Shown piece after piece: positions 16,738-24,000 of a stretch of DNA of 24,000 nt (position 1 is its first letter; each line of letters starts with the position of its first letter). This DNA comes from Gemella haemolysans (lineage in GTDB: Bacteria; Bacillota; Bacilli; Staphylococcales; Gemellaceae). The translations under genes and the position numbers were made by a program. The DNA lies in assembly GCF_012273215.1 (NCBI RefSeq), contig NZ_CP050965.1, forward strand, positions 890,541 to 914,540, read 5' to 3'. The notes under the pieces are model-generated. The model was not told the origin of the DNA, did not search any database, and saw only the letters and a list, made by a program, of their open reading frames with translations.

Positions 16738-17283
16738 ATGAATAAGAAAGTTTTTATTATCTTCTTTATTATCTTCTTAAGTACCTTTATGATTATTATT
16801 TCAATCATAAATACTCATGGAGAAGACTATAAGGAATCAAATGTTAATGGAATACTAATTAAAGGCGATAAAACTAAATATAAGGTTAGATTCCTTAAAA
16901 AAATTGATGGTGATACGATTTTAGTACAATTCAACAATAAAGAATTAAAAGTTAGATATCTATTAGTTGATACTCCTGAAACAGTTAAACCAGGAGTTGA
17001 AGTTCAAAAATATGGAACTGAAGCTAGTGAATTAAACGGAAAGTTATTGTCAAACGCTAAAAACGTTGAAATTGAATTCGATGTTTTTCAAAAAGAGGAT
17101 AAGTATCATAGAGCATTATGCTACGTATACGCCGATGGAAAAAGTGTTCAGGAAGAATTACTATTAGCTGGTTTAGCAGAAATTAAATATGTTAAACCAC
17201 CCGATACAAGATACCTGAAAGAATATAAAAAAGCACAGAACAAGGCTAAAAGCAATAAGCGTAATCTCTGGTCTAGTGCATAG
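16738..17283 (+). CDS. nuc: Thermonuclease (staphylococcal nuclease / SNase family), N-terminally membrane-anchored or secreted
   Basis: [43 protein letters not shown]...[32 protein letters not shown] is colinear with S. aureus Nuc ([25 protein letters not shown]...[32 protein letters not shown]). I place the start at ATG 16738 ([14 protein letters not shown]...). It is preceded by AAAGGGGGG at about 8 nt, unlike the track GTG start at 16672. Confidence 0.9.
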   Translation: [181 protein letters not shown]

Positions 17284-17316
17284 ACTTAAGAATTAATATA
17301 ATTACATAGTAACAAC

Positions 17317-17372
17317 AAAAAAGCAACTCAACAATTAGATCTTTTAAAAGTCTATTGCTAAGTTGCTTTTAT
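17317..17372. terminator. Bidirectional terminator between convergent nuc and the permease gene
   Basis: AAGCAACTCAACAAT (17320-17334) pairs with ATTGCTAAGTTGCTT (17354-17368) at 13 of 15 positions. It is flanked by an A-run upstream and a T-run downstream. Confidence 0.7.
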
Positions 17373-17378
17373 TTTATA

Positions 17379-18749
17379 TTATTTTAATTTACTATTTTTG
17401 TATGAAAATGTAAAGTAAATTATCATACCTACGATTACCCAAACGATGAAGATAATCCACGTTGTTAATGTAACACTGTATAGTAGTGCTCCAAATAAAA
17501 CGATAGAGATAATTGGTAATACAGGCATACCAGGTACTCTAAATCCACGTTTTAAGTCTGGGAATTTTTTGTAGAATACGATAGTTGTGTAACTTACTAA
17601 TGCGAATGCAATAATTGAAGCTACGTTAGCTAGATCAGCTAAGTTTCCTAAAGGTAAGAATCCTGCTAAAACTGCTGTTAAAATTCCTAATCCCCAAGTT
17701 ACAGTACTTGGTACTTTGTTTGCATTAACTTTAGTTAATCCTTTTGGTAATAATCCGTCACGAGCAATTGTATAAGTGATACGAATACCTGCATACATGA
17801 ATGATAAGATACCAGCCATAAGACCGATTACCGCACCAAGAGATACAACTCCTGCTACTTTGTTTTGTCCAACTTCTTCTAACACGAACGCTAATGCATC
17901 ACCAGTTCCTAGTCTGTTGTACTCTACAACTCCTGTTAATACTAAACACACAAGAATATAGAATGCTGTACAAACTACCATCGTGATAATAATTGCTTTA
18001 GGTAATGCTTTTTCCGGATTAATCGTTTCTTCTGCTGAAGTTGAAATTGCATCAAATCCTAAGTATGCAAAGAATACAGTTGTTGCAGCTAACATCACCC
18101 CAGAAAATCCTGTTGGAGCAAAGTTATTTGTCCAGTTTGTTGGTTCTACGTAAAATGCACCAACAACGATGAATAAAATTACAATACCTACTTTTGCAGC
18201 TACCATCAGGTTATTTACTAGTTTACTACTAGAAGTTCCTTTTGATAGGATGAAAGTAATTAATAATACAATAATAATCGCAGGAATATTACCATATCCA
18301 CCTACTGCCGGTAGTGTATAATATTCTTTTGGAATTTCTACACCCAAACCTGCTAATAGACGTGAAAAGTAACTTGACCATCCATTCGCTACAGTTGCTG
18401 CAGTAAGAACGTATCCACCTATTAAAACCCAACCTATCGCATAAGCTACGATTTCACCAACTGATACATATAAATATGTATATGTACTACCACTTGATGG
18501 AATAGTTGAAGCCAACTCTGCATAACAAAGTGCAGCTAAACAACAAGCTAATCCTGCAATAAGGAATGAGAACACAACCGCAGGTCCTGCTTCTGCTGAA
18601 GCTTTCCCTGTTAAAACTAAAATTCCTGAACCAATAATCGCCCCAATTCCGAATAGAACTAAATCTAAAGTTTTCATCGTGGGATTCAACGTTTTATTTC
18701 TTGATTCAGCTAAAATAGAATCAATAGATTTTTTTCTAAAAACGCTCAT
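17379..18749 (-). CDS. Amino acid permease (APC superfamily)
   Basis: 456 aa, with about 12 hydrophobic spans. The N-terminal signature is ...LVLFGIGAIIGSGILVLTGKASAEAGPAVVFSFLIAG..., typical of APC/CAT-type transporters. GGAGG lies upstream of the ATG at 18749. Confidence 0.88.
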   Translation of the reverse strand: MSVFRKKSIDSILAESRNKTLNPTMKTLDLVLFGIGAIIGSGILVLTGKASAEAGPAVVFSFLIAGLACCLAALCYAELASTIPSSGSTYTYLYVSVGEIVAYAIGWVLIGGYVLTAATVANGWSSYFSRLLAGLGVEIPKEYYTLPAVGGYGNIPAIIIVLLITFILSKGTSSSKLVNNLMVAAKVGIVILFIVVGAFYVEPTNWTNNFAPTGFSGVMLAATTVFFAYLGFDAISTSAEETINPEKALPKAIIITMVVCTAFYILVCLVLTGVVEYNRLGTGDALAFVLEEVGQNKVAGVVSLGAVIGLMAGILSFMYAGIRITYTIARDGLLPKGLTKVNANKVPSTVTWGLGILTAVLAGFLPLGNLADLANVASIIAFALVSYTTIVFYKKFPDLKRGFRVPGMPVLPIISIVLFGALLYSVTLTTWIIFIVWVIVGMIIYFTFSYKNSKLK

Positions 18750-18914
18750 AATTTCCTCCTAATATTAAATAAATATTCTCCCCTATTAATAATATTTATT
18801 AATTATATCACAGTTACAGATTATTTACTACTAAATACTTTACTTATGTAAGTAAAGAAAAAAGTAAACAATAAATATCCTAATAAAATAATATATTATT
18901 AAATATAACTAATC

Positions 18915-18962
18915 TAACAAAAGGAAGTGGATAACATATTATAAATATACATACCACTTCCT
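18915..18962 (-). terminator. Terminator of ald
   Basis: On the minus strand, AGGAAGUGG (18962-18954) pairs with CCACUUCCU (18930-18922) in a 9-bp stem. The loop is 23 nt and is followed by UUUGUU. Confidence 0.55.
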
Positions 18963-19002
18963 CTACAATATAATTTTTCTATATTTTGTTTTTAATATTA
19001 TA

Positions 19003-20118
19003 TTACAAAGCTTGCTCTACTGGAGTATACTCATATCCTAAATCATCTGCAACTGCTTTGAATGTTACTTTCCCGTTAGCTACGTTAACACCTGGTACTA
19101 ATTCTGGGAATTTAACAACTGCTTCTTTAACTCCTAGTTTAGCAATTAGTTTAACATATTTAGCTGTTGCGTTACATAATGCATATGTTGCTGTTTCAGC
19201 TACTGCTCCAGGTATATTTGCTACTGAATAGTGTAATACTCCTTCTTCAACGAATATTGGATTATCATGACTTGTTGGACGACCTTCTGTATATTCCGTT
19301 GTACCACCTTGGTCGATAGCCACGTCCACAATAACACCACCATCAGGCATATCTTTAATCATTTCTTTAGTAACTAGTTTTGGTGCTTTAGCTCCTGGAA
19401 TTAATACTGTACTAACTACTAAATCAGCAGTTTTAATTGCATTAGCAATATTTAATTTATTAGAGTAAACTGTTTCTACTTTACCACCAAAAATGTGTGA
19501 TAATTCAGTTAATCGATCTAAGTTAACATCTAACATTGTTACACGTGCTCCTAATCCTGAAGCTGCTGTAGCTGCTGCAGTTCCTGCTACCCCTGCACCA
19601 ATAACTACAACATGACCTGGTTGAACTCCTGGAACACCTTGTAATAATTTACCTTTACCACCTTGTACTTTGGATAAGAATCTTGTACCCTCTTGAATAG
19701 CCATTCTTCCCGCAATTTCACTCATAGGTCTTAATAATGGTAAAGTACGACCTACTTTTACAGTTTCGAAAGCAATACCGATAGTCCCTGATTCTACCAT
19801 TGCTTTAGTTAATTCTGGATCTGCTGCTAAGTGTAAGTAAGTATAGATAATTAAACCTTTTCTGAAGTATTTATATTCTGATGGAATTGGTTCTTTTACT
19901 TTATAGATTAAATCTGATTTATTCCATACATCTTCTGCTTTATCTAATAAAACAGCTCCTACTTTTTCATACTCCGAATCTGAAATACCCGAAGCTAATC
20001 CAGCTCCTTTTTCTACATAAACAGTGTGCCCATCTAGTACTAATTCATGTACTACTCCCGGAATTGCAGACACTCTACTTTCGTTGTTTTTAATTTCTGT
20101 TGGTACTCCGATAATCAT
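19003..20118 (-). CDS. ald: Alanine dehydrogenase
   Basis: 371 aa. The N-terminus [20 protein letters not shown], the Rossmann motif [14 protein letters not shown] and the later VDVAIDQGG are all typical of Ald. GGAGG lies upstream. Confidence 0.95.
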   Translation of the reverse strand: MIIGVPTEIKNNESRVSAIPGVVHELVLDGHTVYVEKGAGLASGISDSEYEKVGAVLLDKAEDVWNKSDLIYKVKEPIPSEYKYFRKGLIIYTYLHLAADPELTKAMVESGTIGIAFETVKVGRTLPLLRPMSEIAGRMAIQEGTRFLSKVQGGKGKLLQGVPGVQPGHVVVIGAGVAGTAAATAASGLGARVTMLDVNLDRLTELSHIFGGKVETVYSNKLNIANAIKTADLVVSTVLIPGAKAPKLVTKEMIKDMPDGGVIVDVAIDQGGTTEYTEGRPTSHDNPIFVEEGVLHYSVANIPGAVAETATYALCNATAKYVKLIAKLGVKEAVVKFPELVPGVNVANGKVTFKAVADDLGYEYTPVEQAL

Positions 20119-20406
20119 TTCCCTTACCTCCTAATTTTTTCTGTACTTATATATTAACACATATACCAAATTAATGAAAGCGTTTTTCTGGTGAAAGTAA
20201 TGATGAAAATATTTTCCCTATTTTATTATAATTATATAAAAATAAAAACCTATAGAATAGCTATTCTTAATTTTATATTAACACTATTTTTATGAAAATA
20301 AGCATTAATTATTTTTAGAAAAGAAATCTGAAAAACAGCTGTTATATTTTCTAAGTAATTCTGTTTTAAGAGTATAACGAGATTAATTTTATTTTTAAAA
20401 TTTTTA

Positions 20407-20473
20407 ATTTATACAAAATTATTTACTAAAAGTATATACTTTTATTGAAAGCTAAAATATTTATACAAAATTA
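20407..20473. repeat. Two exact 15-bp direct repeats (ATTTATACAAAATTA) 52 bp apart in the ald upstream region
   Basis: Copies at 20407-20421 and 20459-20473 were read directly. They lie about 290-355 bp upstream of the ald start. The sequence is AT-only apart from one C, so chance is not excluded. Confidence 0.4.
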
Positions 20474-20704
20474 ATTTTTGCTTTTCAGTTTGTTATATTT
20501 TACATTATTTAATGAAAAATATCAATTCTTGATAATACAATATACTATTATGTGATATAACTAAACTATTTATTTTTGTTAAATATTTGATATTAAAAAA
20601 TATAATTAAAATTATTTCTGATATTATTTTTCTTCTTTTTATGATAGAATAATAATAGTGAAAAGAGGTATTCTCTTTTACCTAATATTCTAAAATTATT
20701 TTAA

Positions 20705-20742
20705 AGCTAAAAACAAATTAGTTTTTGGCTTTTTTTATTTTT
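20705..20742 (+). terminator. Strong plus-strand rho-independent terminator with no annotated plus-strand gene upstream (orphan)
   Basis: AGCTAAAAAC (20705-20714) pairs with GTTTTTGGCT (20721-20730) in a 10-bp stem with one G-U. The loop is AAATTA and is followed by TTTTTTATTTTT. Confidence 0.6.
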
Positions 20743-20759
20743 CTTAGATTTTGCGCAGA

Positions 20760-20796
20760 AATAAAAACAATCCCCTTAAACGTTAGTTTAAAGGGC
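20760..20796 (-). terminator. Terminator of rpsD
   Basis: On the minus strand, CCCUUUAAAC (20795-20786) pairs with GUUUAAGGGG (20781-20772) in 10 bp with one G-U. The loop is UAAC and is followed by AUUGUUUUUAUUU. Confidence 0.75.
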
Positions 20797-20805
20797 TTTG
20801 TCTTA

Positions 20806-21408
20806 TTAACGGCTGTAGTACTCAACGATAAGTTGTTCGTTGATTTCTGGGTGTAATTCACTTCTTTCTGGAAGTCTTACTAATGATCCTTCTAATTTGT
20901 CAGCATCAAAAGTTAAGTACTCAGGTACAAAATTAGTGATTTCAACAGCTTCTTTAATGATTTCAAGGTTTCTAGATTTTTCTCTTACTGAAACTACTTG
21001 ACCTGGTTTAACAGCGTAAGAAGCGATATCTACTTTTTTACCATCTACAAGAACGTGACCGTGGTTAACTAATTGTCTAGCTTGACGGTTAGTTCTAGCT
21101 AATCCTAAGCTGTATACTACAGAATCTAAACGTGTAGCAAGTAATGCCATGAAGTTTTCCCCGTGAAGACCTTGTAATTTACCAGCTTTATCGAATAATT
21201 TACGGAATTGTTTTTCGTTCATTCCGTGTAGGTAACGAAGTTTTTGTTTTTCTTGTAATTGTAAACCATACTCAGATAGTTTTTTTCTTAAGTTAGGACC
21301 GTGTTGTCCTGGTGCGTAAGGACGTTTAGCTAACTCCTTACCAGTACCGCTTAGTGAGATTCCTAAACGACGAGATTTTTTCCAAGTTGAACCTGTAAAA
21401 CGAGCCAT
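20806..21408 (-). CDS. rpsD: 30S ribosomal protein S4
   Basis: 200 aa. [37 protein letters not shown]..., an S4 RNA-binding domain ([39 protein letters not shown]), and the C-terminus [18 protein letters not shown] is present. Confidence 0.97.
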   Translation of the reverse strand: MARFTGSTWKKSRRLGISLSGTGKELAKRPYAPGQHGPNLRKKLSEYGLQLQEKQKLRYLHGMNEKQFRKLFDKAGKLQGLHGENFMALLATRLDSVVYSLGLARTNRQARQLVNHGHVLVDGKKVDIASYAVKPGQVVSVREKSRNLEIIKEAVEITNFVPEYLTFDADKLEGSLVRLPERSELHPEINEQLIVEYYSR

Positions 21409-21623
21409 TATGTGCTCCTCCTTTTATCTTTTTGTTTTTATTTTTGTGAAAACAAAAAGCACGATTATCGTTGTTGTATATGTTATAAAACTGGAACTTC
21501 GCCTAGCAGCATAGGCTACGAGTTGCCACATTAAATAATGTATAACATAGAGGCAATAACAATTAATCCACTGCTATCATTTTACACAGAGATTAGTTTA
21601 CCATTATTTTTAATAATAGTCAA
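21409..21623 (-). promoter_or_regulatory. rpsD promoter (TTGACT-N17-TAAACT) and a structured leader of about 180 nt, a candidate S4 autoregulatory element
   Basis: The -35 TTGACT is at 21623-21618 and the -10 TAAACT at 21600-21595. In the leader, a long-range 8-bp pairing AUGUUAUA (21548-21541) / UAUAACAU (21487-21480) encloses a GC-rich hairpin GCCUA-UGCUGC-UAGGC (21516-21501). B. subtilis rpsD is known to be autoregulated through its leader. Confidence 0.45.
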
Positions 21624-21677
21624 CTATTTTGATGTTGTATTCTTATTTTTTTTTTAATAATAACGTAATACAAAATT

Positions 21678-22340
21678 CTATTCACATAGATTTAGGAATT
21701 TTTTAAATGTATCAATTTCATAATCAACTTCTGGATGCCACTGTAATCCAATTAAGTTTCCTTTTTCAATTGCTTCTACAGTTCCATCGTCAGAAACTGC
21801 TGTTACTTTAAATCCTTCTGCAACTCTATTTATTGCTTGATGATGAATTGAATTAACCTCTGCTTTATCTCCATATAAACTATGTACAAATGAATTTTCT
21901 TCTATATCTATATTGTGACGAACCAAATTCTCTTTACTAGTATGATCATCTATATGCTGTTTTAAACAACCACCATGATAAATATTTAAACTTTGTAATC
22001 CACTACAGATTCCAAGTATTGGCTTATTATTCTTTTCGAAAAGCTCAATAAGTTTAAAGTCTAATTCATCCTCATATGGATCTTCAGGATATTCTAAACC
22101 TTCTAGAGGTTCTTCGCCGTAAAACTTAGGATTAATATCCCGATCTCTACCAGCAATAATTAGGCCACTACACATGGCTACAATTTCCTCAATTCCGTTT
22201 TGAGAACAAACTGGGAATAATATAAATCCAGCTTTTTCTGCTACTTCTGAAAAATAACCATTGATGTATAGACGTCTTTTTGCTATACCAGCATCTGATT
22301 GGTAATCGACACTTCTTGTTGAAATTGCAATTATTTTCAT
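21678..22340 (-). CDS. Class I glutamine amidotransferase-like hydrolase (peptidase C26 / gamma-glutamyl-GABA hydrolase family)
   Basis: Nucleophile elbow ILGICSGLQSLN and His motif LIGLQWHPE. I place the start at ATG 22340 (MKIIAIS...), 9 nt after GGAGG. The track TTG start at 22346 is only 3 nt from the SD. Confidence 0.82.
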   Translation of the reverse strand: MKIIAISTRSVDYQSDAGIAKRRLYINGYFSEVAEKAGFILFPVCSQNGIEEIVAMCSGLIIAGRDRDINPKFYGEEPLEGLEYPEDPYEDELDFKLIELFEKNNKPILGICSGLQSLNIYHGGCLKQHIDDHTSKENLVRHNIDIEENSFVHSLYGDKAEVNSIHHQAINRVAEGFKVTAVSDDGTVEAIEKGNLIGLQWHPEVDYEIDTFKKFLNLCE

Positions 22341-22699
22341 ATGCAATGACCTCCTTTTTTAAATTTTATGACTATTATTATATAAATATTATAGAAAATT
22401 GTCAAGAACAGGATTTTCATGAAAATATATGAAAACTTTAAGTATATTAATAAGTTTAAATATTAAATATAATTTTTGTATCAATTTTAATTTTATAAGC
22501 TATCTTGTTTAAATATTATTAAGGATTAGTACTATTTAATTTATCTCCACTTGGTAATAGTGAACTTTTAAAATTACCATTATATCTATATATTAAATTC
22601 AGAGTATTAATCTAATGTTAAACTTCATACATTCTATTGTAAATATACTGAAAGATATGTATAATAGTAATGTGTTAAATATTAAGGAGGAATAATTGA

Positions 22700-23320
22700 A
22701 TGAATTATTTATTGACTGTTAAATATCCTAAACAAGAAGTTATAGAGGGTGGCAAAGAGTCGGTTACCAATGTGAAAGAAAATCATGAGGATTTAACTTC
22801 AGAGGAACTTTTAGAAAAATATCAAGAGTTTCAACGCGTAGGATATGATGTCAAAGTTAACTTTGTTACTTCTGATGTATATGATGAATTCGATGTTTTT
22901 AAATTAGCAGAAATCTTAGATCTTAATGCGATTGACTATAGCGCAAAACTTAAATTTATAAATCGCTCAAATAAAGGATCTCATGATTATATCAGTAGTC
23001 TAGCAAAATTATTTGATAGATATACTTTTGATTATGATATTTCAATTAAGCTGAAGATTAACGAAAAATCAGAAATTGACTTTAAAAATGAAGATACATG
23101 GTTTGGAGAAACTCCAATTTATCAAATAAATCCAAAAATTAACGTAAAGGATGCTAAATTATTTAAAAATTTGTATGATGAGTTAAATGAAATAGCTCAA
23201 GTTAGCGCAGAAATAAAACCAAAAAAATTAGAAGAAAAAATACTATTATTATCTTTAGATAATTATCCAGAAGGAACTGAAGTTATTTTCACACTAAAAG
23301 ATTCTGAGATTTATGAATAA
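22700..23320 (+). CDS. Hypothetical acidic cytoplasmic protein, no family recognised
   Basis: 206-aa ORF with a strong AAGGAGG SD (22684-22690) 9 nt upstream of the ATG, and its own terminator. There are no TM segments or motifs that I recognise. Confidence 0.6.
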   Translation: MNYLLTVKYPKQEVIEGGKESVTNVKENHEDLTSEELLEKYQEFQRVGYDVKVNFVTSDVYDEFDVFKLAEILDLNAIDYSAKLKFINRSNKGSHDYISSLAKLFDRYTFDYDISIKLKINEKSEIDFKNEDTWFGETPIYQINPKINVKDAKLFKNLYDELNEIAQVSAEIKPKKLEEKILLLSLDNYPEGTEVIFTLKDSEIYE

Positions 23321-23333
23321 AATATGTTAAATT

Positions 23334-23386
23334 AGAAACTGAGATTACAACTAAATTATAGGTAGCCTCAGTTTCTTTATTTTTTA
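23334..23386 (+). terminator. Terminator of the 22700-23320 ORF
   Basis: AGAAACTGAG (23334-23343) pairs with CTCAGTTTCT (23367-23376) in a perfect 10-bp stem. The loop is 23 nt and is followed by TTATTTTTT. Confidence 0.65.
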
Positions 23387-23427
23387 CTAACTTAATTTTG
23401 GACTTTTTACATCTCATTTGACAAAGA

Positions 23428-23462
23428 ACAAAAAAAGACAACAGAGAAAGTTCTCTGTTGCC
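23428..23462 (-). terminator. Terminator of the rplM-rpsI operon
   Basis: On the minus strand, CAACAGAGA (23460-23452) pairs with UCUCUGUUG (23447-23439) in a 9-bp stem with a 4-nt loop, followed by UCUUUUUUUG. Confidence 0.8.
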
Positions 23463-23489
23463 TTGACGTACTTTGGTATAAGACCAATA

Positions 23490-23882
23490 TTAACGTTTTG
23501 AGAATTGAGGAGCACGTCTCGCACCACGAAGACCGTATTTTTTACGTTCTTTCATACGAGGGTCACGAGTTAGTAATCCTGCTGGTTTTAAGTCTTTACG
23601 GTATTCTGGGTTTACTTCTAGTAAAGCACGTGCAATTCCGTGACGGATTGCTTGAGCTTGTCCTGTGTATCCTCCACCGTTAACGTTAACTAAAACGTCA
23701 TAGTTACCTGTAGTAGATGTAACTTCTAAAGGTTGCATTAAGTCTAATACTAATGATTCTAATGGTAAGTATTCACGCATTTCTCTGTTGTTGATAACAA
23801 CTTTCCCTGTTCCAGGTACTAATCTTACACGTGCTACTGAGCTTTTACGGCGTCCTGTACCGCGATATTCTACTTGTGCCAT
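23490..23882 (-). CDS. rpsI: 30S ribosomal protein S9
   Basis: 130 aa. [21 protein letters not shown]..., [19 protein letters not shown], and the C-terminus [33 protein letters not shown] is present. Confidence 0.97.
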   Translation of the reverse strand: MAQVEYRGTGRRKSSVARVRLVPGTGKVVINNREMREYLPLESLVLDLMQPLEVTSTTGNYDVLVNVNGGGYTGQAQAIRHGIARALLEVNPEYRKDLKPAGLLTRDPRMKERKKYGLRGARRAPQFSKR

Positions 23883-23901
23883 TTAATTATTTCCTCCTAT
23901 A

Positions 23902-24000
23902 TTATCCACGTAATTCGTATTTTTCTGGTTTTTGTGCTGCGTGTGGGTGTTCAGCTCCACGGTAAACGTGAAGTTTCATTCCTTGAGCTCTACCTAAAGT
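23902..24000 (-). CDS. rplM: 50S ribosomal protein L13 (3' end only; gene continues past window end)
   Basis: Minus-strand translation gives [32 protein letters not shown] followed by a stop (TAA at 23904-23902). This matches the conserved L13 C-terminus (..KLKVY.G.EHPH.AQ.PE.YELRG). It sits directly upstream of rpsI, as in the usual rplM-rpsI operon. Confidence 0.9.
   Translation of the reverse strand, partial: TLGRAQGMKLHVYRGAEHPHAAQKPEKYELRG

Noticed and set aside
17776-20093. Plus-strand ORFs 17776-17961, 18986-19231 and 19881-20093
   Set aside because: They are antisense to the permease and ald genes, with no translation signals.
20119-20805. Riboswitch or T-box in the long ald-rpsD gap
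   Set aside because: The region is almost uniformly AT. It lacks the GC-rich conserved cores and the specifier/antiterminator architecture such elements need.
21644-21673. TTGTATT/AATACAA inverted repeat as the terminator of the GATase-like gene
   Set aside because: The loop is an A/T homopolymer of about 16 nt, and no U-run follows on either strand.
22341-22346. TTG at 22346 as the start of the GATase-like gene
   Set aside because: It is only 3 nt from the GGAGG. The ATG at 22340 has 9-nt spacing.
23498-23683. 61-aa plus-strand ORF
   Set aside because: It is antisense within rpsI.

Overview
Visibly AT-rich chromosomal segment from a Firmicutes (Bacilli-like) genome; I cannot assign a genus from the sequence alone. 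Housekeeping genes flank a complete, apparently intact type II-A CRISPR-Cas locus on the minus strand. The housekeeping genes are the 5' part of fba, an rluD-like pseudouridine synthase, uvrB, ddl-murF, an NAD-aldehyde dehydrogenase, a membrane-anchored thermonuclease, an APC amino-acid permease, alanine dehydrogenase, rpsD, a C26/GATase-like hydrolase, rpsI and the 3' end of rplM. The CRISPR locus reads cas9 (1391 aa)-cas1-cas2-csn2, then a 160-bp csn2-array gap, then an array of 12 identical 36-bp repeats plus one degenerate terminal repeat (12 spacers of 29-30 bp). The system type is well known, so nothing here is a new class of system. The points worth a second look are all inside the locus. 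(1) A canonical SpCas9-style tracrRNA, with its own sigma-A promoter and terminator, lies between csn2 and the array on the same strand as the array, rather than upstream of cas9. (2) This leaves only a 41-nt leader ending in ATTTGAG, in which I can find no promoter. (3) One spacer-length unit is built from a partial copy of the repeat itself. (4) A second truncated anti-repeat-like segment sits in the leader. (5) A 12-nt stretch of the tracrRNA scaffold recurs exactly at the -35 of the predicted cas9 promoter, next to a weak anti-repeat-like segment. Outside the locus there are two unassignable proteins, an orphan plus-strand terminator in a 687-bp AT-rich gap, and a structured rpsD leader. 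No tRNA, rRNA, transposase or integrase was seen.
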